Assembly: GCA_963712745.1 (NCBI GenBank) | Contig: CAVQJC010000020.1 | Location: 1 to 64,000, forward strand | Direction: 5' to 3' | Source of the DNA: an uncultured Chloroflexia bacterium | GTDB taxonomy: Bacteria > Chloroflexota > Limnocylindria > Limnocylindrales > CSP1-4 | Length of the DNA: 64,000 bases | Part shown: positions 37,891-47,947 of the stretch, in pieces | How positions within the stretch are numbered: the first letter of the stretch is position 1 | How the letters are laid out: each line of letters starts with the position of its first letter | Notes under the pieces: generated by a model | Seen by the model: the letters and a program-made list of their open reading frames with translations, nothing else | Databases searched by the model: none | What the model was told of the DNA's origin: nothing | Program-made: the position numbers and the translations under genes

Positions 37891-39285
37891 ACGACGAACG
37901 ATCCTTCGAGCGCCTCTTCGCCGACCGGATGGCTGCCGAGCGCGGGAGCGCCCAGCTCCCCGACTGCGTTCTACGACGACTTCCGACAGCGAGCCAGCCA
38001 CGCGCGACAGCGTCCGCGGTGGCTCGCGCTCATCAAGGAGCCCCCCATGCGTATCTCATCTCGTCTCGCGGTCGGATCACCGACCGCGCGCGTCGCGGCC
38101 ATCGTGATCGCGACGCTGCTCCTCGCGGTCACCCTCGCCGGCGCCGGCATCGCCGGCTCACGCCTGCTCGCCGCAGACGGCCCACTCGTGGTCGATCCGG
38201 CTGACCCTGGTGCCTATCAGACCATCTCCGACGCGGTCGCTGCCGCGGTGGACGGCGACACCGTCCTCGTGAAGCCTGGGACCTACCCCGAAAGCGTCGC
38301 CATCAGCGCAGACATCACGCTCCAGGGTGATGGAGAGCGGGGCAGCGTGCTGATCGAGTTCGCCGCCCCCGCGGATGGACCGTCCTATCTCGAGGGAGGG
38401 CCGGGCGGCGAGCCATTCGGGTACGGGATCCTGCTCGATGGCAGCGATGCCCAGGTCTCGAACCTCACCCTCCAGGGACCAGCCGACGACGGGACCGACC
38501 CAGCGGTGAGCGCGGTCTATGTCGTCGGTGGCGCGCCGGTCGTGGACGGCATCGACGTGGTCCTCTCCGGTGATCGCTGGGACTACGGCGGTGGCTGGTA
38601 CTACCGGCGCAGCGCCGTGCGCGTCACAGGTGGTTCGACGGTCACGGTGCGAAACAGCGCCTGGGATGGCTACGTGAGGATGTTCGGTGAGCCCAATGCC
38701 CCGACCTTCGAGGGCAACACCATCACGGCTCATGAGATCTCGATCGCTGACGGTAGCCAGGAGCCCGTGATCCGTGGCAACACGCTCCTCGAGGGTGCTG
38801 CGCTGCTCTGGGATGATCCCGGTTCCGGCGGCATCGCGGAGGACAACGACATCACGGGCTACATCGGGATCAGCGAGGACAACGACCCGGTCGTGCGCGG
38901 CAATCGCATCCGGCAAGGTGCTTCGGCCGACGCCGGACGGTTCTTCGGCGCTGGCATCGGCATCGCTGGTGGCGCGGCCCCGATCGTCGAGGGCAACGAC
39001 ATCGTCGACAGCAGCATCGGCGTCTTCGTCATCGGCGCCGACGCCGCACCGGAGATTCGCGGCAACTCGATCCGAGGCAGCTCGAACTCAGCCATCATCG
39101 TGGCCTCGGGAGCGGCCGCGTCGATCGACGACAACGCCATCGAGGACAACGCGACCGGCGTCGCCGTGAGAGAGCCGTCTACCGTGACCTTGAGCGGGAA
39201 CACATTCTGTGGAAACGAGCAGGACCTGGAGGTTCCGGAGGGGTCGGAGTTGACGTTGGAGGGCAATACCGTCTGCGATACATAG
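37887..39285 (+). CDS. Anti-sigma-like protein with right-handed beta-helix (NosD/pectin-lyase-like); frameshift near 37970
   Basis: MNDERSFERL start, TM helix, YQTISDAV..GDTVLVKPGTY, repeated PxxxGNxI. Confidence 0.75.
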
Positions 39286-39510
39286 ACGGACACCCGCCTC
39301 GCAAGGGCCCGCTGGTCGCGGCAGACGCCGCGGCCAGCAACGGCGATCCGGCTCGACACCTCGGTCAGCCCGGTGAAGACCACCGGTACCCACATCTATG
39401 GCACGCCAGCGCCCGGGGGACCCCGCAGCGTGTTGCACGCGCGGCCGAGTTTCGCCGTTTTGGGCCGTATTGATGCGGAAACCCGGTCGCACGATGGGAT
39501 GATGTTCGCG

Positions 39511-39793
39511 ATGGATGACCTCGAGGCCGTGGCGCGGATGGGCACGGCGCAGCTGCGGGCGCTGGTCACCCCACCCCGCCGTTGCCGCGGGTGCGACGTC
39601 GAGCTCGAGGCCCGACCCGGGCGTGGCCGCCCCCCGGTCTGGTGCCAGGCCCACCGCAGCGCCGTCAGCCGCCGGCCCGCCGGACGCGTCTGCCGCGGGC
39701 TGCGGCGTCTCGCTCGATGGTCGGCGCCGTCAGACCATCGTCTGCGGCGAGCGATGCCGCTCCCGTGTCAGGCGCCAGACGCACCGGGCGTGA
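39511..39793 (+). pseudogene. Phage-like Cys-rich (Zn-finger) ORF, frameshifted
   Basis: CRGC..GRGRPPVWC..H; CAGC..CGERCR. Confidence 0.45.
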
Positions 39794-39932
39794 ACGGATG
39801 GGCACCGCGTTCGCCCAGGGCGCGACAGGGCCCCCACGTGCCGCGATGGATGTCGGATGTCGGCGCGGCCGGTCTTCGCTACCGTTCTCGGCCGGATGAG
39901 CGCGTTCGCAGCCATCGTCCCCGGCCGAACCG

Positions 39933-41408
39933 CTACGCCTCTGACGGCGCCTCCGGCATCGGGCCGGGGAAGATCGCGCCCTGGAGGGTCGACCCCATCC
40001 AATCGAGGACGACATACGCCGTCAGACCGCTGTACGCACCCTCGCCGGCAAGCACGGCCGTGAAGGGGGCTGCATGCTCGCCGTCCATCTGCAGACCCGT
40101 GCCAGTGCCCACCCAGCGTCCACCATCATTGGTGACCACGATGGTCGCGGCATCTAGCGTCAGGTAGGCACGTGGGAACATGTGCCAAGTCCCGGCATAC
40201 GTCACGTCGCCCGTGATGCGTGGGTCGCTCGCATCCCAGGTCATACGCAACGTGACGTCTTCCTGGAGCTGCATCGGGTCCCCGTAGGTCACGGTGGGGG
40301 CGCCGTACCAGTCGGTATCGTCGAGGGTGCCCGTCAAGGGAGCGGGGTCCATCGCGCCGAGCGGAGCCGGTGACGGCGCGTTCGCACAATCGGGCGGCCA
40401 CGTCGCCTGCGGTGCGGCACCCAGGGATGGGTCGTTCACGAACACGACGATCTCGCCGTAGCTGCCGAGCGCCGACGACTCGATGGTCCCGTCCGGTGGG
40501 ACGAGCAGCACCTCGGCCGGCTTGGACGGATGCATCAGCCGGTACGAGACACGGTACCCGGCGTCGAGGATCCGCTGGTGCGCGGTCGCGGGGTCGAGCT
40601 GGAGGATGCCACTGCAGTGGAGCGGCTGCTCGGGCTCGAATGGGTCGGTCTCTGCCACCATCCCGCCATCGGGCGGCGCTGCATACAACCTCTCGAGCGA
40701 CCGAGGGCTGACCGCCAGCGTCATGCCGCTGATGGCCAAGACGCCCGGCACCCGGTTGCGGTCGTCGCCCGGTCGACCTTCTCCCACGAGGTCGATCTCC
40801 ACGTCGCCCTCGTAGGTCTCGCCGAGCGGCGTCTTGAAGAACGGCCCGTAGGCGTAAATCCACTCCGCCGGATCGTATCCGTCCCGAGTCCGGATCTCGT
40901 CGACCCACCAGTCGGTGCCATCGGAGCCGAAGTACAGGTAGAGCCGCTGCTCGAGGTCCTGCTCGGTCCACTCCACCTCGAGCGTCCAGTAGTCGGGGCC
41001 GCCCGGATCGGAGTGCACTTGCGGCTCGATGCCCTCGGTCGTGAAGACGAGGTCATTGGCCTCGATGGAGAAGGCGTCCGCTGACAGATCCACCATCGGC
41101 GCGGTCCAGTGGATGACCGGAGCAGGCGACGATGATGGTGCGGCGCCCGGGACCGAGGGCGCGGGCGAGGTCACCGTGCTCGCGAGGTAGACGGTACCGA
41201 TGAGCGCCGCGATGACACCACCGACGACGAACTTGGTGGCACTGGACATTTCGAGGAACCTCCAAGTGATGTGAGGCAAGAAGCCGCCGTGGCGGGACGC
41301 TCCGGACGACACGGCGTGGACGTGCACGCGGAGGCTGGGCGGGACCGACACCTGGGTCCGACGGCCGCCGATGGTGCGGAGGGCGAGGTCGAGGTCGTGA
41401 TCGTTCAT
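39933..41408 (-). CDS. Anti-sigma-like membrane protein with two extracytoplasmic domains
   Basis: ATGA-coupled to the sigma gene; MSSATKFVVGGVI TM motif; C-terminal SDPRITG domain. Confidence 0.75.
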   Translation of the reverse strand: MNDHDLDLALRTIGGRRTQVSVPPSLRVHVHAVSSGASRHGGFLPHITWRFLEMSSATKFVVGGVIAALIGTVYLASTVTSPAPSVPGAAPSSSPAPVIHWTAPMVDLSADAFSIEANDLVFTTEGIEPQVHSDPGGPDYWTLEVEWTEQDLEQRLYLYFGSDGTDWWVDEIRTRDGYDPAEWIYAYGPFFKTPLGETYEGDVEIDLVGEGRPGDDRNRVPGVLAISGMTLAVSPRSLERLYAAPPDGGMVAETDPFEPEQPLHCSGILQLDPATAHQRILDAGYRVSYRLMHPSKPAEVLLVPPDGTIESSALGSYGEIVVFVNDPSLGAAPQATWPPDCANAPSPAPLGAMDPAPLTGTLDDTDWYGAPTVTYGDPMQLQEDVTLRMTWDASDPRITGDVTYAGTWHMFPRAYLTLDAATIVVTNDGGRWVGTGTGLQMDGEHAAPFTAVLAGEGAYSGLTAYVVLDWMGSTLQGAIFPGPMPEAPSEA

Positions 41409-41959
41409 CGGGACACCTGATCGGAGGAGGCGTGGTCGAGGCTGTCGCGCAGGCGGGCTCGCGCCGAGCGGAGGCGGGTGTTGACGGTCTGGAGCGGGAT
41501 GTCGAGGAGGACGGCGATGTCGGCGAGCTCGAGATCGAGGAAGTGACGCAGCGCCAGCACCACGACGTCATCGGGCTTGAGCCGGGCGAGGGCCTGTTCG
41601 ACAAGCATCCGCCGATGGACCTCGGCCGTGGCATCGGGGGTGCTCAGGGTCATCTCGGCGATGTCCGAGGCCCGGCGTCGTGATGCCTGTCGCAGGCGAT
41701 CGCGACAGACGTTGAGGACGATGCGGTCGAACCAGGCGTCGAACCTCGACCGGTCGCGCAGCGAGGACCAGCGCCGCCAGGCGAGGACGATGGCGTCATG
41801 GACCGCATCCTCGGCCTCGTGCTCGTTCCCGAGGATGGCGTTGGCCAGGCGGTAGCTCGCCTCGAGGCGCTGATCGGCCAGCTGCTGGAACGCCGCGGCC
41901 CTTCCCGCGTCGGGCTCATCGGCACGCCTTCCCGCCGACATCGTGCCCGCTCCCGACAT
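41405..41959 (-). CDS. ECF RNA polymerase sigma factor
   Basis: AEDAVHDA..AWRRW..FDAWF; LADIAVLLDIPLQTVNTRL. Confidence 0.88.
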   Translation of the reverse strand: MSGAGTMSAGRRADEPDAGRAAAFQQLADQRLEASYRLANAILGNEHEAEDAVHDAIVLAWRRWSSLRDRSRFDAWFDRIVLNVCRDRLRQASRRRASDIAEMTLSTPDATAEVHRRMLVEQALARLKPDDVVVLALRHFLDLELADIAVLLDIPLQTVNTRLRSARARLRDSLDHASSDQVSR

Positions 41960-42181
41960 GGGACCCCGCTCTGCCTCCATATCCAATAGACGATGGGGGA
42001 TGACGGGATTATTGGGCCTGCGAATGCGGGAGGTCCAACCAGCGTCCGTGGTACACGTCTGGCCCACGGGCGCGACGGGGCGCCCACGTGGCGGACTGAC
42101 CATCGTGCTGGCGTCCAGCCGAAGGCACGAGGAAAGGCCCCGGACGTTCGCCCGGGGCCCCGTTGGTGAGCGGCGCGGGAC

Positions 42182-42409
42182 CTACGCGGCGTCAACCTCC
42201 GGTCCATCGGTCGACTCGGCAGCCCTCCGTGCCTCGCGCAGACCCTTGACGTACGCGCGCCAGTGCTCGGTGCACATCGTGCCCAGCCCATCCTTGCGGC
42301 TGGGCTGCTTGGGGAACTCGCTGATCGGTGCCTCGTGGGGCTCGATGCCGAAGCGGGCGCTGCCCGCGCAGCGACGGAGCTCGGTGGTGGTGGTCTTCCT
42401 CGTCGTCAT
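42182..42409 (-). CDS. Phage-like small protein (C..H..CxxH)
   Basis: AAGGAG RBS; SEFPKQPSRKDGLGTMCTEH. Confidence 0.55.
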   Translation of the reverse strand: MTTRKTTTTELRRCAGSARFGIEPHEAPISEFPKQPSRKDGLGTMCTEHWRAYVKGLREARRAAESTDGPEVDAA

Positions 42410-42720
42410 CTTGGGTCTCCTTCGGTCAGTGCGTCCTCGATCTCGTCGAGCCAGCCCTCGAGCGACTGGCCGCCGCCCTCGTCGTAGCCGGTGCCCTCGC
42501 GGTAGGCGTCGATGCGGTCGGTGCTCATGCCGGCGGAACGCATGGCCTGCTGGACGCCCGCCCAGGCATCCTGCCAGTCGCGCCAGGCCCGGCGGGCCTC
42601 CTCGAGCGCGTCGGCGACCCCGTCGCGGGTGGCCGTGTCGGGGATGTTCCCGTAGCGGCGGTCGGCGCCGGGTCCACGGGGGTCGTACCCGTGGGTGCGG
42701 ATCATGTCGGTCCGGCTCAT
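42406..42720 (-). CDS. Hypothetical phage-like protein
   Basis: ATGA-coupled small-gene operon. Confidence 0.5.
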   Translation of the reverse strand: MSRTDMIRTHGYDPRGPGADRRYGNIPDTATRDGVADALEEARRAWRDWQDAWAGVQQAMRSAGMSTDRIDAYREGTGYDEGGGQSLEGWLDEIEDALTEGDPR

Positions 42721-42899
42721 GCCGCGTACTCGCCTTCGTTGAACAGCCAGTCGCTCAAGGCCTGGAGGTCGTGTCGGGTCTTCTCCATCGAGCCGACGGT
42801 GGCCCAGCTGATGGCGTCGGGGTCGGGAGCCGTGTCGTGGTTGGCGACGGCCACCTGGATGCGGCTGATCAGTGCCAGTGCTGTGGCGTGGTGCTCCAT
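42717..42899 (-). CDS. Hypothetical phage-like protein
   Basis: PDAISWATVGSM..FNEGEYAA; ATGA overlap. Confidence 0.5.
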   Translation of the reverse strand: MEHHATALALISRIQVAVANHDTAPDPDAISWATVGSMEKTRHDLQALSDWLFNEGEYAA

Positions 42900-43022
42900 G
42901 CCTTGACAGCCCGCACGGGCAGCCTCCCTTGCCCCCCGTGCGGCGACCTCAGCGGTTGACCCGAGGTCAGCCATCGGTACGGACGCCGGCGCCAACCCTA
43001 GCAGGCGCAGTCAGCGGCGAGA

Positions 43023-43211
43023 TACGTTCAGCTCATGACCGACCATGAGGCCTAGACGCGCGCGGGCCGGCAGGTTGTACGCAACCAGGCGGCAAACCCA
43101 GCCCAAGATGGCGCTGAACACCCTCCAGTCACGGCAGGCCGTGTCCGAGCGAGACCCAGTCGGGTCGCTGCGCGCGGCACGCACAAGGCCCGCCCCTCGC
43201 GGGACGGGCCT
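43023..43211 (+). repeat. Degenerate mini-ORF A plus hairpin copy 9 (43186-43211)
   Basis: TACGTT-N6-ATGACCGACCATGAGGCC (MTDHEA*), later AGATGGCGCTG, then AGGCCCGCCCCTCGCGGGACGGGCCT. Confidence 0.55.
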
Positions 43212-43228
43212 GTCGATGTGCGTGTGGC

Positions 43229-43675
43229 CTACGCGTGGGCTGGGACCGTGGCTTCGGTGAAGGCCTTGATATCGAGGAGCATCTTGCGCACGCTCCCTTC
43301 CATCCAGCCCTTGGTCATGAGGTTCTTGAGGGCCCCCGGCAGCGGGCCGGGGATCTCGAAGTCGGACTCGATGGCCAGGCGCGTGGCGTCGCCGTCGGGT
43401 TCGAGCCGCCAGACCATGTCCCACGGACCAGGCTCGGCCTTGACGTGGCAGAGCCGCAGCGGCTCGACCTCGGTGACCGTGAGGTCGTACTTCGTCTCGA
43501 AGCCCAACATCCGAGAGGTCTGGACGAAGGTGGTCCCGACCTGATCGAGCGGTCCGCTGAAGTCGGTGTGCTTGGCCCGAGGCTGGATCTCATCCCAGTG
43601 CGAACTGTCGGTCACGTAGGACCAGACATGCTCGGCGGGCGCCTCGATGCGAATCTCGTCACGGATGTGCTGCAC
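43229..43675 (-). CDS. SRPBCC/START-family protein
   Basis: IRIEAPAEHVWSYVTD..W..P pattern. Confidence 0.85.
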   Translation of the reverse strand: MQHIRDEIRIEAPAEHVWSYVTDSSHWDEIQPRAKHTDFSGPLDQVGTTFVQTSRMLGFETKYDLTVTEVEPLRLCHVKAEPGPWDMVWRLEPDGDATRLAIESDFEIPGPLPGALKNLMTKGWMEGSVRKMLLDIKAFTEATVPAHA

Positions 43676-43698
43676 CGCCTATCCCCCCTTTGCTCGGC

Positions 43699-43773
43699 GG
43701 GCCGGGTTCGCCAGTGGCTCGGCGCGGTCCAAGGCGGCCATGGTCATCGGGCCGCACGTCGTCGCCTCCCGCT
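43699..43773 (-). ncRNA. c-di-GMP-II-like riboswitch variant
   Basis: AGCGGGAGGCGACGA..GGCCGCCUUGGA..CGAGCCACUGGCGAACCCGGCC. Confidence 0.72.
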
Positions 43774-43879
43774 GGGTTGATTCTCCACCTGACAGCAAGT
43801 CTCAGCATGCCCACGGCCTCACGACGCCGCCACCCTGACTCCATACCTGACCGGGACGCCGACCCTCGCCGCGGCCGAC

Positions 43880-43998
43880 CGGCTATACGCAAGCGGATGC
43901 GCGCGCCCTGCGGGCTGGAGGGCGTGGTCCGGCGTCGTCGTAGCGGACGCGCAGCTGGCGGCCCTGCCAGGGGATGACGAGGGGCCCGGGGCCTTCAT
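43880..43998 (-). pseudogene. Mini-ORF B 5' remnant
   Basis: MKAPGPLVIPWQGRQLRVRYDDA vs KAPEPLVIPWQGRSLRVRHDDA at 6581. Confidence 0.6.
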
Positions 43999-44229
43999 GC
44001 ACCTAGGCTGTGGTGTGCGCGTGATGACCGCCAGTCACGCCTTTCGGTTGGCCACGCGTTGACACGATCGGGCCATGGTGACGGTCCAAACACCGCAGGC
44101 CGCCGTGGCAGTGCGCCGACACGCCATCGACACACCGACCTGCCACTTTGCCTGCGAGTAGGCCTGTCCGGGATACCGCGGACGGACCCGCGCTAGCTTC
44201 GCCGCAAGACATAGATGGGGTTCGAAGTC

Positions 44230-45319
44230 ATGAGAGATCGACTGATGGCAATGCTGATGCTGCTGGCGCTCGGGATGGTGCTGGGAGGCATCGGTGCAGT
44301 GACGACCGCGTCGGACGAGCCAGAGGGGATGATTCCCGACGATGCGGCGAGGGCGACGTTTGCCGGGGGCTGCTTCTGGTGCATGGAGGCTGCCTTCGAG
44401 CAGCTGGACGGGGTCTACGAGGTCATCTCCGGTTACACCGGCGGCTCGGAGAAGGACCCGACGTACGAGCAGGTGTCCTCGGGCATGACCGGTCACGCGG
44501 AAGCGGTCCAGGTCAGCTACGACCCGATGCGGATCGGCTACGACGAGCTCCTGGATCTCTTCTGGCGACTGATCGATCCGACTGACGCCGGCGGGCAGTT
44601 CGTCGATCGGGGCTCGCAGTACCGCACGGCGATCTTCTACCACGACGACGAGCAGCGGGCCCTGGCCGAGGCGTCGCGGGACGCGCTGGCCGCAGAGCGG
44701 CCGCTTCGACGGGCCGATCGTGACCGAGATCGTCGAGGCCGGGCCGTTCTACCGCGCCGAGGAGTACCACCAGGACTTCTACAAGAAGGCGCCCGAGCGC
44801 TACGAGTCCTACCGCGCGGGCTCGGGACACGATCCGTTCCTGGAGTCCATCTGGGGTGACGAGACGGGCGAGACGCGAGGCCGGCGAGCGCGACGAGACG
44901 ACGACGACCTGCGAGCAAGCCTGACGCCGCTCCAGTACCACGTGACCCAGGAGGACGGGACGGAGCCGCCGTTCGACAACGCCTACTGGGACAACAAGCG
45001 GGCCGGGATCTACGTCGACGTGGTCAGCGGAGAGCCCCTGTTCAGCTCGACCGACAAGTACGAGAGCGGCACGGGCTGGCCCAGCTTCACCCGCCCCATG
45101 GAGCCGGACAACATCGTCGAGAACGAGGACCTCAGGCTGTCCAGGCCACGGACCGAGGTGCGAAGCGCGGAAGGCGACAGCCACCTCGGACACGTGTTCC
45201 CCGACGGTCCCGAGCCCACGGGTCAGCGCTACTGCATCAACAGCGCTGCCCTGCGTTTCATCCCCCTCGAAGACCTCGAGAAGGAAGGTTACGGGCAGTA
45301 TCTCTCCCTGTTCGAGTGA
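44230..45319 (+). CDS. msrAB: Secreted MsrA/MsrB fusion (frameshift near 44700)
   Basis: [39 protein letters not shown]. Confidence 0.9.
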
Positions 45320-45442
45320 GCGATACGGTCGCCGCGTCCAAGTCAGAGGCGCGACCCATGTGACCCCGTTGCCCTCTGCTGGTCACGAGGCAGCAATGGT
45401 GCAGCGGAATGCACCCGACCGGTCACCGCGCCAGGCGGCCGA

Positions 45443-46384
45443 TCAGCCCCGCTCGACGAGTGGCTTCACCTCGCCGACCAGGCGCTCCAGCGTCTCCTCG
45501 TCGAACGGCGCCATCTCCTCGATCGTGAAGCCTTGGAATCCGGCGGCGACGAAGGCAGCCATGCGCTCGCCGATCGCCTCGACCGAGCCGGCCCAGAAAC
45601 TCGCGTCGGCGCTGCCGGGCTCCATGCTGTTGGCCGCCAGCTGGCGGTCGAGGACGGCGCGGGCGTCGGCCTCGCTATCGCGGATCACGATCTTGCAGTT
45701 GTAGGTCAACTCGATCTCACTGGGGTCGCGCCCGACATCTGCGCAGTGCGCCCTTAGCACCTCGATCTTGTGTGGTGCCTCAGTGAGCTCGAGTTGGGCG
45801 TTCCAGATGTCGGCATGGCGGGCGACGCTCCGGAGCGTCTTCTTCTCGCCGACGCCGCCGACCATGATGGGCACCCGTGCCTGGATCGGAGGCGGAGCCA
45901 GGCGCAGCCGCTCGGTCCGGTAGCGCGGGCCATCGTGCGTCACCTCCTCTCCGGCCATCAGGGGGCGCACGACCTGGAGGGCCTCCTCGAGCCAGTCCAG
46001 GCGGTCGCCGAAGCCTCGCCCGAACTCGACCCCGAACGCAGCGTGCTCGCGCTCGTGCCAGGCGCCACCGAGCCCGAGGATGGCGCGACCGCCACTGATG
46101 TGATCGATGGTCGCGACGGTCTTGGCCACCACCGCGGGGTTGCGGAACGTGTTGGCGCCGACGAGGAGCCCGAGGCGAGCGCGCCTGGTCACCGCAGCCC
46201 AGGCAGCCAGGCTCGCGTAGCCCTCGAAGACGGGCCGGTCCGGGTCACCCACGGCCGAGACCAGGTGGTCCCATGTCCAGAGGTGGTCGTAGCCGAGCTC
46301 GTCGACGCGGCGGGCGGCCGCTAGGAAAGACGGCCAGTCCGTGTTCTGGGCCCACAGCTGGATCCCGAGTCCGATGGTCGACAT
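45443..46384 (-). CDS. LLM-class (F420/flavin-dependent) oxidoreductase
   Basis: WTWDH, RNPAVVAK..DHISGGR..LGLGGAW..EH. Confidence 0.88.
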   Translation of the reverse strand: MSTIGLGIQLWAQNTDWPSFLAAARRVDELGYDHLWTWDHLVSAVGDPDRPVFEGYASLAAWAAVTRRARLGLLVGANTFRNPAVVAKTVATIDHISGGRAILGLGGAWHEREHAAFGVEFGRGFGDRLDWLEEALQVVRPLMAGEEVTHDGPRYRTERLRLAPPPIQARVPIMVGGVGEKKTLRSVARHADIWNAQLELTEAPHKIEVLRAHCADVGRDPSEIELTYNCKIVIRDSEADARAVLDRQLAANSMEPGSADASFWAGSVEAIGERMAAFVAAGFQGFTIEEMAPFDEETLERLVGEVKPLVERG

Positions 46385-46558
46385 CTATCCACATCCTCCC
46401 GATGACATGCGCCGCTCGTGTCAGCCCAAAGCCTACCGGCGAACCGCCGATGCGCGCCTGATTCTGCGTCTAGACGACCAACCAGGCTGCCACTATCCGA
46501 TGATGGTGTCGGTACCTGGGGGTGGCCGGGGTAGCCACCGGGTCGAAGACACTGGAGC

Positions 46559-46855
46559 GGACTGTGGGGCCGGGATCGATACCTGAGTCACCCCAAGGTG
46601 AGGCAGGCAGACATGTCGACCCGTCAGAGGTCGTCGGCATGAGCGGTCAGCTTCCGGCGACGCAGCGGATGATGTTGTCCCACATGGGCGCGTACCCGTC
46701 CCAAGCCATTCGACGGCGGAGAGAGTCGAGAGCCTGGTGCGGCCTGGCGGTGCTGCAGCATGCCTCCAAGCCGCGTAGTGCGGCCCGCAGGGTCCCGAAC
46801 TCGGATCTGCATCGATGACCGGCCACGACCTGCCCATCGTGTGGGGTATGAGTCC
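46559..46855 (+). ncRNA. Possible raiA-motif-like structured RNA
   Basis: Ordered blocks UGUGG, UCGAU.CC, GCAGGCA, GAGC.UGGUGCGGC, GUAGUG, GUGUGGGGU; terminal GGACU/AGUCC pairing; compared with the consensus from memory. Confidence 0.45.
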
Positions 46856-46989
46856 GGGGCGACGCCGGCCAGGCCCGGTCCCGATGCTGCACATCCGCCC
46901 TACCTACCCCACACTCAACGGCATGAAGAATGGCTGGCGCCGAATGATCAGCTCACCGCTCGGCACCGCGATCGCGCGAACGTAGCTCG

Positions 46990-47448
46990 GTGCGGGCCAT
47001 CACAGCGGCAGGAAACGACTTGGCTGCCACGACCGGCACCTACGTCCTGGTGCTGAGCAGTCCCCGGACCGCTCGCATCGCAGTCGGCAGGCGGCTGTGG
47101 GTGACGCTGGACGAAGGCTGCTATCTCTACGTCGGCAGCGCCTTCGGCCCGGGTGGGCTCGACGCGCGACTGCGACGCCACCAGCGTGGCGACGGCCGGC
47201 GTCACTGGCACGTCGACTACTTGCGTGCGGCAACGACCGTTGTCGGAGCGATCGTCGATCGCGGCAGCGAGCGGCGTGAGCACCAGTGGGCCGCCGAGCT
47301 GGAAGCCTGCGGGGAATACGCGACCATCGCCGGGTTTGGCTGCAGCGACTGTCGCTGTACGACTCACCTGTTCCACGCGGCCAGCGCACCGGCGTCGCTG
47401 GCGAACCGGCTGAGTGGCGCACCGCGATGGTGGCGTCCGCCGCGATAG
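46990..47448 (+). CDS. DUF123 / GIY-YIG-like nuclease family protein
   Basis: GTYVL, YLYVGSAFGPGG, HWHVDY, GFGCSDCRC.THL. Confidence 0.8.
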   Translation: MRAITAAGNDLAATTGTYVLVLSSPRTARIAVGRRLWVTLDEGCYLYVGSAFGPGGLDARLRRHQRGDGRRHWHVDYLRAATTVVGAIVDRGSERREHQWAAELEACGEYATIAGFGCSDCRCTTHLFHAASAPASLANRLSGAPRWWRPPR

Positions 47449-47455
47449 TCGGGCA

Positions 47456-47705
47456 TCAGGCGGAGACCGAGAGCACCACGCGCGTGCCGCCAGACGGATC
47501 GTGCTCGATCCGCACGTTGCCGCCGTGACGGCGGGCGATGCTTCGCAAGTGCGGCAGGCCGGCGCCGAAGGGCTCAGTGGTGTAGAGCGGCTCGAACACC
47601 TGCTCCCGTGCGTCCTGGTGCAAGCCGGGGTCGTGCGCCCCGCGTGCGCACACCGTGACGACCGACTCCTCCCGCTCGACCGCCGCCAGCGCCTGGCAGA
47701 CGTTC
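47456..47705 (-). pseudogene. Histidine-kinase ATPase (HATPase_c) remnant
   Basis: VANVCQA..PG..EQVFEPLYTT..GAGL..IARRHGG.V...GGT. Confidence 0.55.
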
Positions 47706-47717
47706 GCGACGGAAGTC

Positions 47718-47784
47718 TTCGCCAGTGGCTCGGAGCGACTCAAGGCGGCCAACGTAGGCGCGTCGGACTTCACGGCCTCCCGCT
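47718..47784 (-). ncRNA. c-di-GMP-II-like riboswitch variant, 3'-truncated
   Basis: Highly similar to 6441-6505, including some upstream flank. Confidence 0.6.
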
Positions 47785-47947
47785 GCTTCCGGTTTCTCCG
47801 CTCGGTGTCCACTCACCCGCTACGCGCAATGTGCCGGTGCGCTTCGCGTAGCGTCAGAGCCCGATAGGCGCGAGCTACGAGGCGCCCGCCAGGGTGCTCG
47901 CAGCGGCCCGGGTCACCGGGTAGAGCAGGGGCCGTTACCCTCCCTCT

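Noticed and set aside
42905-42975. Twin hairpins upstream of phage-like ORFs as a riboswitch
   Set aside because: No recognisable conserved motif; hairpins are common at this GC content
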